From assembly GCA_032718475.1 (NCBI GenBank), contig JAUCBJ010008443.1, forward strand, positions 22,643-86,642: a DNA stretch of 64,000 nucleotides, written 5' to 3'. Made by a program: the position numbers and the translations under genes. Under the pieces are notes generated by a model. It was not told the DNA's origin and searched no databases. It saw only the letters and a program-made list of their open reading frames with translations. Of this stretch, positions 26,351-43,900 are shown in pieces (positions within the stretch are counted from its first letter, which is position 1; every line of letters begins with the position of its first letter). Source of the DNA: Nemertoderma westbladi. Taxonomy: Eukaryota > Animalia > Xenacoelomorpha.

Positions 26351-27890
26351 CTACTACTACTAGTATCGACATGCTGCATTGCAGCTGCATTTTTAAGCAT
26401 GCTGTGTCGGCTTGTCGACAAAATTGCGCCGCCACAACTCCGTATCACCCATGACATTTGCTAGATCATCCGCATCTTCAAGGTCAGTGTCCTTTAAGAT
26501 GCGTTGCAAGAAAGTCATGGGCTGTCCACCATGCCTATTCACTCCATGAGGCTGCCAAAGTACAAGATTATGCACTGGCTGGTCCTCACGGCGAAAGCAA
26601 TGTCCTGCAAAGCGGAGGTGGCTTTGTTCTAGTGTCAAGCTTGGGGGAACCAATGAGACACCTCCAATGTTATATAGTGTCTGATTAGAGCATTGTACTT
26701 GACACATAGAACCCGGCGTAGCATTCTTGTGAATGTGCCATCCAGAGATTTGGTGTCCTCAACAGTTAGAGCCCAGCATGGACTCCCATAGAGGAGTACT
26801 GGAACTACTGCTGCTCTAAATAATCGGACCTTAAGTTTCCGATTAATTCTCGGTGACTTCCAAATCCTGGAAAGCCTATTCAAGGCTGCCCAAGGCTACC
26901 CCTTACGTATTCGAAGGTCCTCACCTGACTTCCGGATCCATGATCCCAGGTAGCAGAAGTCGTCCACATGCTCAAGCATACCATCCTTTGAGCTTATGCT
27001 CATCCGATCAGAGACTTGCTGAGGACTTTCAAAGTTAACTGTCAAAATTTTGGTCTTTCTGGAGTTAATAAAAAGACCAACACTAGAAGCAGCATGTTCT
27101 AATGAGCTGAGGAGCCGTTGGGCTCCCTCTAGTGATTCTGAGAGTACTCCTAAGTCATCAGCAAAGTCTAGATCAGTAAGGTACTTGGCAGGATTTCCTC
27201 GACTTCTGGAGCCAGTAGGTGGAGGAGTTATCATCACCCCATCATCATTATGATGATCTAAGGACATGCGTAGAACATAGTCTGCCACAATTATGAACAA
27301 GAATGGTGCAAGTGTGTCTCCCTGGAGGACGCCCCATAACACTTCAAATGGTTCTGTGTCACCGTCAACAGTAGACAGAAATGTTGTCGAACCATCGTAT
27401 AATGATCTGATTGCTGCAATAATTTCATCAGGAATCCCATATAATGAAAGTATGCTGAACATACGTGAGCGAGAGACTGAATCAAAGGCCTTGAAGAAGT
27501 CAACAAAGATAACAGCCAGATGCCTGTCTTTCTTTTTTGATAACTCTTCAATTATCCTTATAAGTGCCAAAATGGGCTTCATGGTCCCACGACCTTTACG
27601 GAACCCATTCTGATTTCCACGGAGCAGTCTCTCAATGGGATCCCTGATGCGATTTAATATAATTATATTGTATAGCTTTGCAGCAATCGAGATCAATGAG
27701 ATTCCCCGAAAAGAACCATAGAGTGTTAGGTTGACCTTCTTGGGAACTGGCACCAACTTGTTTGTTTTCATTTCTTGTGGGACTCTTGTTGTTCGGTACA
27801 TGTCTACTATGATAGGATAGATGAGCTTTAAACACTCAGGTATTTTAAAGACCTCAGGGGGAACACCATCTACTCTACTAGCATGATTGG
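26351..27890 (-). mobile_element. 5'-truncated, mutated copy of the main RTE family
   Basis: (CTA)n tail at 26351; reverse complement of copy 1 from about 3175 to 4714, with indels and a premature stop. Confidence 0.93.
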
Positions 27891-27976
27891 CTCCAACTGT
27901 ACTCTGATCAGTATTGCAAGAAACGACGACATTAGTCGAATGCTAAAGAATCTATCAATGATTTTGCATGACATTT

Positions 27977-28042
27977 TTGTACTTGTAGGTGTTACCTTTG
28001 TACTTGTAGGTGTTACCTTTGTACTTGTAGGTGTTACCTTTG
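27977..28042 (+). repeat. 21-bp tandem triplication spanning a dynein 3' splice site
   Basis: (TTTGTACTTGTAG|GTGTTACC)x3 followed by TTTGAAG; AG acceptors end at 27988, 28009 and 28030. Confidence 0.95.
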
Positions 28043-28150
28043 AAGGCGGGTCTTATAATCCAAGAAAAACGTCTAGAAAAGGCCAACAGCGATCTTGCGA
28101 CAGCTCAAACAACTCTTGATGCTAAAGAAGCGGAATTAGCTATTGTGAGG
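28031..28150 (+). CDS. DNAH5: Axonemal dynein heavy chain exon, stalk coiled coil 2
   Basis: ttgtag|GTG...AGG|gtgagt; 120 nt, phase 0; VLPLKAGLIIQEKRLEKANSDLATAQTTLDAKEAELAIVR continues INKE|VLPLK as in DNAH5. Confidence 0.92.
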
Positions 28151-28309
28151 GTGAGTATTATAATTAAATATAAATGTATTAGTACAATATCAGTATTAGT
28201 ACTATTAATTATTCATCCATCATATTCAGCCATCAGTCGAAAATTTATCACCGCGATATGGGCCATACTAGCAATAAACTTTGTTTGTATATGTATTGGG
28301 ATTTATGTT

Positions 28310-28400
28310 CTGGGACCGATCACACAGACCATTGGAGTTATTCAAGGTGACAAGCTATCCCCTCTCTTATTCACTTTATTTGTTTCCGACCTCCCTGCAG
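28310..28400 (+). mobile_element. Small non-LTR RT remnant
   Basis: GVIQGDKLSPLLFTLFVSDL, the RT QG..LSP motif. Confidence 0.6.
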
Positions 28401-28812
28401 TTATTATATATATATATATCCCGGATTACGCCCCGGTGGCTATTATTGGTAAAATGGTCTGGCTTAGAGAGTCATAATTATAGACATGTGGTAAATATAG
28501 ACAGATGGTTAACATACAATTCCAGTTAAAATTGACGATATACGATATAGGGACAATATAAGTGGTTTTAACATGTAAAATGGCAGAACTTATAGAGGAA
28601 CATGTGGTAAATAAAAATTAAAAAGTTGGTGAAAGGGTAACACCAGGACTTCTAAAATAATATGAAATGCACCAATCCTGTTAAAATAATGACTATAGTG
28701 TATATACTATATGGTGGCGTACATCATTGTGCTTTAGGTAAAATGGTAGGAAATATATTATGGTAAGACCAAGGATATATCCATTAAATATATAAAAGAT
28801 AAGTTAATTGGG

Positions 28813-28936
28813 GGTAGTAGCGTTTAGTGTTTTGTTTATGGTGTCTATGTCTAAATATATAATGCTAGCCATACATATTGGTGGTAGTAGCGTTTAGTGT
28901 TTTGTTTACGGTGTCTATGTCTAAATATGTAATGCT
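28813..28936 (+). repeat. 70-bp-period two-copy tandem duplication
   Basis: GGTAGTAGCGTTTAGTGTTTTGTTTAYGGTGTCTATGTCTAAATATRTAATGCT at 28813 and 28883. Confidence 0.9.
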
Positions 28937-29580
28937 GGGCAATACATAGATAGAATTGGTGATATACCAGTATTATGAAGATTGTCAACGACGTAATTTG
29001 AAAAAGCAAATATAGCAACATTCATGAAAGGTGGTGTCTAGCAACTTTATATAAATTTATGGAATAGATTCAGAATAATTCAGAAAATAATTCAGAATAA
29101 TTGCACATAAATTGCAGATATTTATTACACCATGTATGTTCGCTGGGGCGGACGCTGATCCATAGTCGGAGTTATCTATTATACACTAGAGAGCTGACTG
29201 CTTAGTAGTTCTCTGGTAATTATTTCACATTATAGTTTTGATGTAATTAAGGCATTTCTTATAAATTCGTCGAAATAATTATTATTTCTAAAAAAATATA
29301 ACATATTCAGCCTATTCAGATTATATATCAGTAGCTTATTGTTACTCAACTATGTGTAGTGTTAAAAATACCATAATTTGTATAGATCCATTGTATTTAA
29401 ACACAATTTATTATACACAATAGATAGAAGACGGCTTTCAAAAGATACGGTATTCTTTGATATTAAATAATTAGCTGGGATATGCTATTATATCAAGTAA
29501 TTAGATGTGCTTACAGAATCATGATATAATACTAAATTACCTTTGGCGACACGATGCTGTATGAACCTGATAGCGAACTG

Positions 29581-30127
29581 ACACAGTTCGGGATGCGAGC
29601 AGACACTGTTCTGGGTGCGAAAAGAAACACAGTTCGGGGTGCGAGCGGACACTGTTCTGGGTGCGAAAAGAAACACAGTTCGGGGTGCGAGCGGACACTG
29701 TTCTGGGTGCGAAAAGAAACACAGTTCGGGGTGCGAGCGGACACTGTTCTGGGTGCGAAAAGAAACACAGTTCGGGGTGCGAGCGGACACTGTTCTGGGT
29801 GCAAAAAGAAACACAGTTCGGGGTGCGAGCGGACACTGTTCTGGGTGCGAAAAGAAACACAGTTCGGGGTGCGAGCGGACACTGTTCTGGGTGCGAAAAG
29901 AAACACAGTTCGGGATGCGAGCGGACACTGTTCTGGGTGCGAAAAGAAACACAGTTCGGGGTGCGAGCGGACACTGTTCTGGGTGCGAAAAGAAACACAG
30001 TTCGGGGTGCGAGCGGACACTGTTCTGGGTGCGAAAAGAAACACAGTTCGGGATGCGAGCGGACACTGTTCTGGGTGCGAAAAGAAACACTGTTCGGGAT
30101 GCGAGCGGACACTGTTCTGGGTGCGAA
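29581..30127 (+). repeat. 46-bp minisatellite (~12 units) abutting an RTE 3' tail
   Basis: ACACAGTTCGGGGTGCGAGCGG-ACACTGTTCTGGGTGCGAAAAGAA; the unit is a dimer of related 22- and 24-mers. Confidence 0.96.
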
Positions 30128-33121
30128 CTACTACTACTAGGATCGGCATGCTGCATTGCAGCTGCATTTTTAAGAATGCTGTGCCGGCTTGTCAACAAAA
30201 TTGCGCCGCCACAACTCCCTATCACCCATGACATTTGCTAGATCAGCCGCATCTTTAAGGCCAGTGTCCTTTAAGATGCGTCTCAAGAAAGTCATGGGCT
30301 GTCCACCTTGCTTATTCACTCCATGAGGCTGCCAAAGTACAAGATTATGCACTGGCTGGTCCTCACGGCGAAAGCAATGTCCTGCAAAGCGGAGGCGATT
30401 TTGTTCTAGTGTCAAGCTTGGGGGAACCAATGAGACACCTCCAATGTTATATAGTGTATGGTTGGAGATGTGTGCATTGTACTTGACACAATGTACCCGG
30501 CGTAGCATTCTTGTGAATGTGCCATCCAGAGATTTGGTGTCCTCAGCAGTTAGAGCCCAGCATGGACTCCCGTAGAGGAGTACTGGGACTACTGCTGCTC
30601 TAAATAATCGGACCTTAAATTTCCGATTAATTCTAGGTGACTTCCAAATCCTGGAAAGCCTATTCAAGGCTGCCCATGCCTTTCCCTTACGTATTCGAAG
30701 GTCCTCACCTGACTTCCGGATCCATGATCCCAGGTAACAGAAGTCGTCCACATGCTCAAGCATACCATCCTTTGAGCTTATGCTCATCCGATCAGAGACT
30801 TGCTGAGGACTTTCAAAGTTAACTGTCAGAATTTTGGTCTTTCTGGAGTTAATAAAAAGACCAACACTAGAAGCAGCATGTTCTAATGAGCTGAGGAGCC
30901 GCTGGGCTCCCTCTAATGATTCTGAGAGTACTCCTAAGTCATCAGCAAAGTCTAGATCAGTTAGGTACTTGGCAGGATTTCCTCGACTTCTGGAGCCAGT
31001 AGGTGGAGTTATCATTACCCCATCATCATTATGATGATCTAAGGACATGCGTAGAACATAGCCAACCACAATAATGAACAAGAATGGTGCAAGTGTGTCT
31101 CCTTGGAGGACACCCCATAACACTTCAAATGGTTCTGTGTCACCGTCAACAGTAGACACAAATGTTGTCGAACCATCGTATACTGATCTGATTGCTGCAA
31201 TAATTTCATCAGGAATCCCATATAATGAAAGTATGCTGAACATACGTGAGCGAGAGACTGAATCAAAGGCCTTGAAGAAGTCAACAAAGATAACAGCCAG
31301 ATGCCTGTCTTTCTTTTTTGATAACTCTTCAATTATCCTTCTAAGTGCCAAAATGGGCTCCATGGTCCCACGACCTTTACGGAACCCATTCTGATTTCCA
31401 CGTAGCAGTCTCTCAATGGGATCCCTGATGCGATTTAATAGAATTCTATTGTATAGTTTTGCAGCAATCGAGATCAATGAGATTCCCCGAAAAGAACCAT
31501 AGAGTGTTAGGTTGCCCTTCTTGGGAACTGGCACCAACTTATTTGTTTTCATTTCTTGTGGGACTCTTGTTGTACGGTACATGTCTACTATGATGGGATA
31601 GATGAGCTTTAAACACTCAGGTATTTTAAAGACCTCAGGGGGAACACCATCTACTCCACTGGCACGATTGGTCTTAATGCTCTTTGCAGCAGCCTTCACT
31701 TCTGCAAAGGAGATATCGCCAATGGGAATATCTGGGAGTACAGACTCAGACACTTTTACTTCTATAAAGTTATCAGGCAATACCCTGTCATTATTGAGGA
31801 GCTTTTCGAAGTGGGCTTTCCAACCATTGAGGCGATCGGCTGGTGATTCAGCCTTAACCTTGGTGGTTGGTTGGCTTTTCCGCCCAGTAAGCAGATTGAT
31901 CGATTTCCATGCCTGGGATGATTGCCTGCTGTCGTCAGCATCATTGATGGCATCAACCTGTTGGTTTATTAGCTCCTGTAGATTAACAGAGTACTGCCTG
32001 TTCAGGGACCTAGATGCAGCTTTAACTGCATTCTTGGCCGCTGTAGTCTGTTTGAGTCGGGACTCTTTCTGCACCTTATGAAGGTCATTTCGGCACTTCT
32101 GAATTTTGTTGTCAGTCCAGGGGGTCCTTTTCCTGTTTCGAGGGTATACAGGAACTGTTTCTGCAGCTGCTAACTTAACTGCTTCTGTAAAGGCAGTATA
32201 GCCCTCACAGTTATCTGCCGCCTCAGAGGCAAGAGCCTCATACCTGTTGCTCAGCTGTAGTGTGAAGCTGGATCTCACACTTGGCTGGTGCAACAGAGAG
32301 GACCAGTCATGTCGTGGCAAGGCAGATTTCGTTGTTCTGCTAGCACGCAGACTAAGTCTTACCTTGGCCACAATAAGGCGGTGATCACTGGAGAAGGGTC
32401 GAAGTGTAAATGCATTACAGTCTTGTATAGAGCTCCTGTATTTCCTACGAAACAGAATATGGTCTATCTGGGACTTGTGACCACTGGGTCCACTATGAGT
32501 CCATAGCTTTCCAGTTCGCTTCTTAAACTGGGTTCCAGCCGAAAACAATCCATTTCCAGAGATAAAATCCTGAAGATGGACAGCATTTCGGTTAACACTA
32601 TTGCTATAGACCCAGGGCGATGTAGGTGATTGATGCAGACTTGCATTAAAGTCTCCCAGGAATGTTAAGAATGCATGCTGATCCACTCCATCAGTTGCTG
32701 CTTGTAGATTGTGGTAGAAATTTTCCACCTCCTCTACAGGGGCAACACTAGTTGGAGAGTAGCACACAATCAGAACCACCTTAGGAAACTTCTTAGCCAG
32801 TCTTCCAGAACATGAGAAGTGGCAACGGATGATGCGGTTAGAGATTTGGTCTATTTTGTCCAATGCTGCATGTGCAGTTGGATTCATCAATAGACCAATT
32901 CCACCATTGCCACTATCATCTGCAGACGCGAGGGCGAGTCGCCAACCGCCCCCCATGTCCTTAATCAGAACCTCATCAGTCTGTCCAGTCTGCATTCGGT
33001 GCTCTTGAACACCCACTGCACTAAGAGAAAGCTTATCTGCCAAGGCAGTCAGCTCACCTTGTCGCATTGGGGACCCGAGTGTTAGGGTGTTTACTGAGGC
33101 TAGTCTAGTGACTTGCCTCAG
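30128..33121 (-). mobile_element. Main-family RTE copy, 5'-truncated, with open APE+RT frame
   Basis: ORF 30170-33148(-) is near-identical to copy 1 from LRQVTR onward; (CTA)n tail at 30128. Confidence 0.93.
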
Positions 33122-34182
33122 TAAACACCCTAGCACTCGGGTCCACAATGCGACAAGGTGAGCTGACTGCCTTGGCAGATAAGCTTTCTCTTAGCGCAGT
33201 GGGTGTTCAAGAGCACCGAATGCAGACTGGACAGACTGATGAGGTTCTGATTAAGGACATGGGGGGCGGTTGGCGACTCGCCCTTGCGTCAGCAGATGAT
33301 AGTGGCAATGGTGGTATTGGTCTTTTGATGAATCCAACTGCACATGCAGCATTGGACAAAATAGACCAAATCTCTAACCGCATCATCCGTTGCCACTTCT
33401 CATGTTCTGGAAGACTGGCTTAGAAGTTTCCTAAGATGGTTCTGATTGTGTGCTACTCTCCAACTAGTGTTGCCCCTGTAGAGGAGGTGGGAAATTTCTA
33501 CCAGAATCTACAAGCAGCTACTGATGGAGTGGATCAGCATGCATTCTTAACATTCCTGGGAGACTTTAATGCAAGTCTGCATCAATCACCTACATCGCCC
33601 TGGGTCTATAGCAATAGTGTCAACCGAAATTCCGTCCATCTTCAGGATTTTATCTCTGGAAATGGATTGTTTTCGGCTGGAACCCAGTTCAAGAAGCGAA
33701 CTGGAAAGCTATGGACTCATAGTGGACCCAGTGGTCACAAGTCCCAGATAGACCATATTCTGTTTCGTAGGAAGTACTGGAGCTCTATACAAGACTGTAA
33801 TGCATTTACACTTCGACCCTTCTCCAGTGATCACCGCCTTATTGTGGCCAAGGTAAGACTTAGTCGGCGTGCTAGCAGAACAACGAAATCTGCCTTGCCG
33901 CGGCATGACTGGTCCTCTCTGTTGCAACAGCCAAGTGTGAGATCCAGCGTCACACTACAGCTGAGCAACAGGTATGAGGTTCTTGCCTCTGAGGCGGCAG
34001 ATCACTGTGAGGGCTATACTGTCTTTACAGAAGCAGTTAAGTTAGCAGCTGCAGAAACAGTTCCTGTATACCCTCGAAACAGGAAACGGGCCCCCTGGAC
34101 TGACAACAAAATCCAGAAGTGCCGAAATGACCTATGTAAGGCGCAGAAAGAGTCCCAACTCAAACAGACTACAGCGGCCAAG
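33115..34182 (+). mobile_element. Inverted RTE fragment (APE region) joined head-to-head with the previous copy
   Basis: Matches copy 1 from 1746 to about 2813; in-frame stop at 33421; shares GCCTCAG at the junction. Confidence 0.92.
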
Positions 34183-34722
34183 TGGGCCTTATTGGTTGCA
34201 AATGACATCTAGGACATTATTAATTGTGGGGGGTTTGTACTGTCATTGTGCATTCTTGCAGTTGTATTGGATCACGGTCGCTTCTGTGGGGGTATGTATA
34301 CGGTGCATTGTATTTAAGTAAATGGTGTTAAGCGATTTTGGGCAGGGATTTTTGCTTGGGTCATAATAAATACGGGATGTTTTCTGTGATTAAGGACCCA
34401 TCCCTTCAATTAGATTCCCCCCCCCCCCCCTTCCCCTACCCCATCACACACGCAACAAGAACTACCTCCTTTTGGAAGTCTCACCCCCAGGCAGCCTTCT
34501 TTCGGAAATAAGCCCTCTGAGCTCCAGGCGTGGTGCCAAAGAACTCTCGAAGGCGATTGAGGTGCTCGGCTTCTACAGGGCATCCAAGCAGTAGGTAACC
34601 CACTTCGAGGTACCCCAATAGGGAATCTAGGAAGTATATTTATATATAAATCGCGGTAGCTGTAGGTAAATATGAGCTGCATTAAGGATTATGATACAAT
34701 TCATTCCATTGGTTTTCTACAG

Positions 34723-34917
34723 GATCTCAATCTAATAGAGATGCTTGTCGATCAACCCACCATCGGCGAGTGGAATCTCCAAGGTTTGCCAAACGATGAG
34801 CTGAGCGTTCAGAACGGTATCATAGTAACCAAGGCTGCTCGATATCCTCTACTCGTAGATCCACAGATTCAAGGAAAAATATGGATTAAAAACAAAGAGA
34901 AAGACAATGAACTCCAG
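34723..34917 (+). CDS. DNAH5: Axonemal dynein heavy chain exon, AAA5 region
   Basis: ttctacag|GAT...CAG|gtacgt; 195 nt, phase 0; contains [44 protein letters not shown], the dynein AAA5 signature. Confidence 0.95.
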
Positions 34918-35113
34918 GTACGTAGTGGTCTATGTAGTTCATATGGAATCCGACAGCTGATGGTTTGGAGAGATTAATAAATTTTTACACCACCCGGTTA
35001 AGTATTACGCATGTGATTTGATTAGTCCTACAATTGCGCCGATAATAAGGTAAAGTTATTTTCGTTAACTAATTAATATTCTAGGTATTAGGTAATGCCT
35101 AGTACATTTAGTA

Positions 35114-39789
<4,676 letters not shown>

Positions 39790-40950
39790 ATCCATAGTTT
39801 AATTTAATAAATAAAACAAGTAAAAACTTTATCAGCAGTATCACAAAGTATAAATCAACCGTGACCTAGATGTTGCATGCACTCAGTAAGCAGTTGGTTT
39901 CGCCCCACACGCATGGCTTTGTCATTAAGTCGTGAGATGGAGAACGGGTAATAAAATCAAGTTATTAAAAGAAGTGATATAAAGGTGGCAACTAACGGAC
40001 TCTCGAGAATCGATATCTAACCTCCTCCGTAATATCACGGCACTCAATTTTCTTAATTATATTAAATGGTAACGACACGCCCACTCTCCTCGAAGGTGGC
40101 CCCCTTAAATCGACAGTATTCCAAGTCTGGTTAACTGATATTTGGTTAGGGAAATTATCATGGGTACTCTAATTTATATTAATTTGTTAAGTAATATCCC
40201 GGGCCATTCTCAAGGGGGGGGGGGGGGGGGTGGGTATCGTCGCCAGCCAATGTCTGGAAGACCAAATAGTCTCCAAACGTATATTTTGGCCTCCCCCTAG
40301 CGGCTGGCGGTGGAATTGAAATTTAACTAAAAACACTACAAAGTCCCACAATCTTGGTCCAAATTTCTTGAAATCAACTTTTTTGGATTCAGCACGATCG
40401 ACTATACAAAATTTATCTTATAGAATTTTTAATTAGGTAATTAAAAAAAATTTATTTATTTAATTACTTAATTTTAATTATTTTGATTAAAATCAGCTAT
40501 TACATGAAATACAATTTTTTTCGAAATTCTGTAAAATAAATGTTAAAGAACTGTCGAAACCCTTTCGAATGAGCCTAAAATCATGAGATTTGGTTGAAAA
40601 ATTGCGGTGGAGATGTGTTTTAAAAATGAAAAATGTTATTCATAGATAATTGCCTTTAAAGTTTAAACCTTCCCGCGCAAAAACTGTATTTTAATATGTA
40701 AGAATGTCTGTCAATTATATCTAGCAACAAAAAAGCACAAAACCACGCTATCATTTTTGCTATGGGGGTTTTATGGGGGTAACATGGAAGATGGCGCAAC
40801 CATGTGACAACAATTTGGTTTGGCCGCTGGGCCGTAATGTTTGTTATCTTGACCTTTGTAGGTAACAAAGCTTCCCTTATGGGGTGATAATTACTGCCGT
40901 TATACGGCTAACGGCTGTTAAAGCGATATATTGGTTGTGGGTTCTCGAAG

Positions 40951-43900
40951 TGCATATAGGGATTAATCCGGTAACTGTTGACGGATATCTGCTACTTCTG
41001 CATATAGGGATTAATCCGGTAGCAGTTGACGGATATCTGCTACTTCTGCATATAGGGATTAATCCATTAACAGTTGACGGATATCTGCTACTTCTGCATA
41101 TAGGGATTAATCCGGTAACAGTTGACGGATATCTGCTACTTCTGCATATAGGGATTAATCCGGTAACAGTTGACGGATATCTGCTACTTCTGCATATAGG
41201 GATTAATCCATTAACAGTTGACGGATATCTGCTACTTCTGCATATAGGGATTAATCCGGTAACAGTTGACGGATATCTGCTACTTCTGCATATAGGGATT
41301 AATCCGGTAACAGTTGACGGATATCTGCTACTTCTGCATATAGGGATTAATCCGGTAACAGTTGACAGATATCTGCTACTTCTGCATATATGGATTAATC
41401 CATTAACAGTTGACGGATATCTGCTACTTCTGCATATAGGAATTAATCCGGTAACAGTTGACGGATATCTGCTACTTCTGCATATAGGAATTAATCCGGT
41501 AACAGTTGACGGATATCTGCTACTTCTGCATATAGGGATTAATCCGGTAACAGTTGGCGGATATCTGCTACTTCTGCATATAGGGATTAATCCGGTAACA
41601 GTTGACGGATATCTGCTACTTCTGCATATAGGGATTAATCCGGTAACAGTTGGCGGATATCTGCTACTTCTGCATATAGGGATTAATCCGGTAACAGTTG
41701 ACGGATATCTGCTACTTCTGCATATAGGGATTAATCCGGTAACAGTTGACGGATATCTGCTACTTCTGCATATAGGGATTAATCCGGTAACAGTTGACGG
41801 ATATCTGCTACTTCTGCATATAGGGATTAATCCGGTAACAGTTGACGGATATCTGCTACTTCTGCATATAGGGATTAATCCGGTAACAGTTGACGGATAT
41901 CTGCTACTTCTGCATATAGGGATTAATCCATTAACAGTTGACGGATATCTGCTACTTCTGCATATATGGATTAATCCGGTAACAGTTGGCGGATATCTGC
42001 TACTTCTGCATATAGGGATTAATCCGGTAACAGTTGACGGATATCTGCTACTTCTGCATATAGGGATTAATCCGGTAACAGTTGACGGATATCTGCTACT
42101 TCTGCATATAGGGATTAATCCGGTAACAGTTGACGGATATCTGCTACTTCTGCATATAGGGATTAATCCATTAACAGTTGACGGATATCTGCTACTTCTG
42201 CATATAGGGATTAATCCGGTAACAGTTGACGGATATCTGCTACTTCTGCATATAGGGATTAATCCGGTAACAGTTGACGGATATCTGCTACTTCTGCATA
42301 TAGGGATTAATCCGGTAACAGTTGACGGATATCTGCTACTTCTGCATATAGGGATTAATCCATTAACAGTTGACGGATATCTGCTACTTCTGCATATATG
42401 GATTAATCCGGTAACAGTTGGCGGATATCTGCTACTTCTGCATATAGGGATTAATCCGGTAACAGTTGACGGATATCTGCTACTTCTGCATATAGGGATT
42501 AATCCGGTAACAGTTGACGGATATCTGCTACTTCTGCATATAGGGATTAATCCGGTAACAGTTGACGGATATCTGCTACTTCTGCATATAGGGATTAATC
42601 CGGTAACAGTTGACGGATATCTGCTACTTCTGCATATAGGGATTAATCCGGTAACAGTTGACGGATATCTGCTACTTCTGCATATAGGGATTAATCCATT
42701 AACAGTTGACGGATATCTGCTACTTCTGCATATATGGATTAATCCGGTAACAGTTGGCGGATATCTGCTACTTCTGCATATAGGGATTAATCCGGTAACA
42801 GTTGACGGATATCTGCTACTTCTGCATATAGGGATTAATCCATTAACAGTTGACGGATATCTGCTACTTCTGCATATATGGATTAATCCGGTAACAGTTG
42901 GCGGATATCTGCTACTTCTGCATATAGGGATTAATCCGGTAACAGTTGACGGATATCTGCTACTTCTGCATATAGGGATTAATCCGGTAACAGTTGACGG
43001 ATATCTGCTACTTCTGCATATAGGGATTAATCCGGTAACAGTTGACGGATATCTGCTACTTCTGCATATAGGGATTAATCCGGTAACAGTTGACGGATAT
43101 CTGCTACTTCTGCATATAGGGATTAATCCGGTAACAGTTGACGGATATCTGCTACTTCTGCATATAGGGATTAATCCGGTAACAGTTGACGGATATCTGC
43201 TACTTCTGCATATAGGGATTAATCCGGCAACAGTTGACGGATATCTGCTACTTCTGCATATAGGGATTAATCCGGTAACAGTTGACGGATATCTGCTACT
43301 TCTGCATATAGGGATTAATCCGGTAACTGTTGACGGATATCTGCTACTTCTGCATAATAGGGATTAATCCGGTAACAGTTGACGGATATCTGCTACTTCT
43401 GCATAATAGGGATTAATCCGGTAACAGTTGGCGGATATCTGCTACTTCTGCATATAGGGATTAATCCGGTAACTGTTGACGGATATCTGCTACTTCTGCA
43501 TATATGGATTAATCCGGTAACAGTTGACGGATATCTGCTACTTCTGCATATAGGGATTAATCCGGTAACAGTTGACGGATATCTGCTACTTCTGCATATA
43601 GGGATTAATCCGGTAACAGTTGACGGATATCTGCTACTTCTGCATATAGGGATTAATCCGGTAACAGTTGACGGATATCTGCTACTTCTGCATAATAGGG
43701 ATTAATCCGGTAACTGTTGACGGATATCTGCTACTTCTGCATAATATGGATTAATCCGGTAACAGTTGACGGATATCTGCTACTTCTGCATATAGGGATT
43801 AATCCGGTAACAGTTGGCGGATATCTGCTACTTCTGCATATAGGGATTAATCCGGTAACAGTTGACGGATATCTGCTACTTCTGCATATATGGATTAATC

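Noticed and set aside
40200-40940. Possible DNA-transposon remnant near the poly-G run
   Set aside because: No termini, second copy or ORF identifiable in this window.
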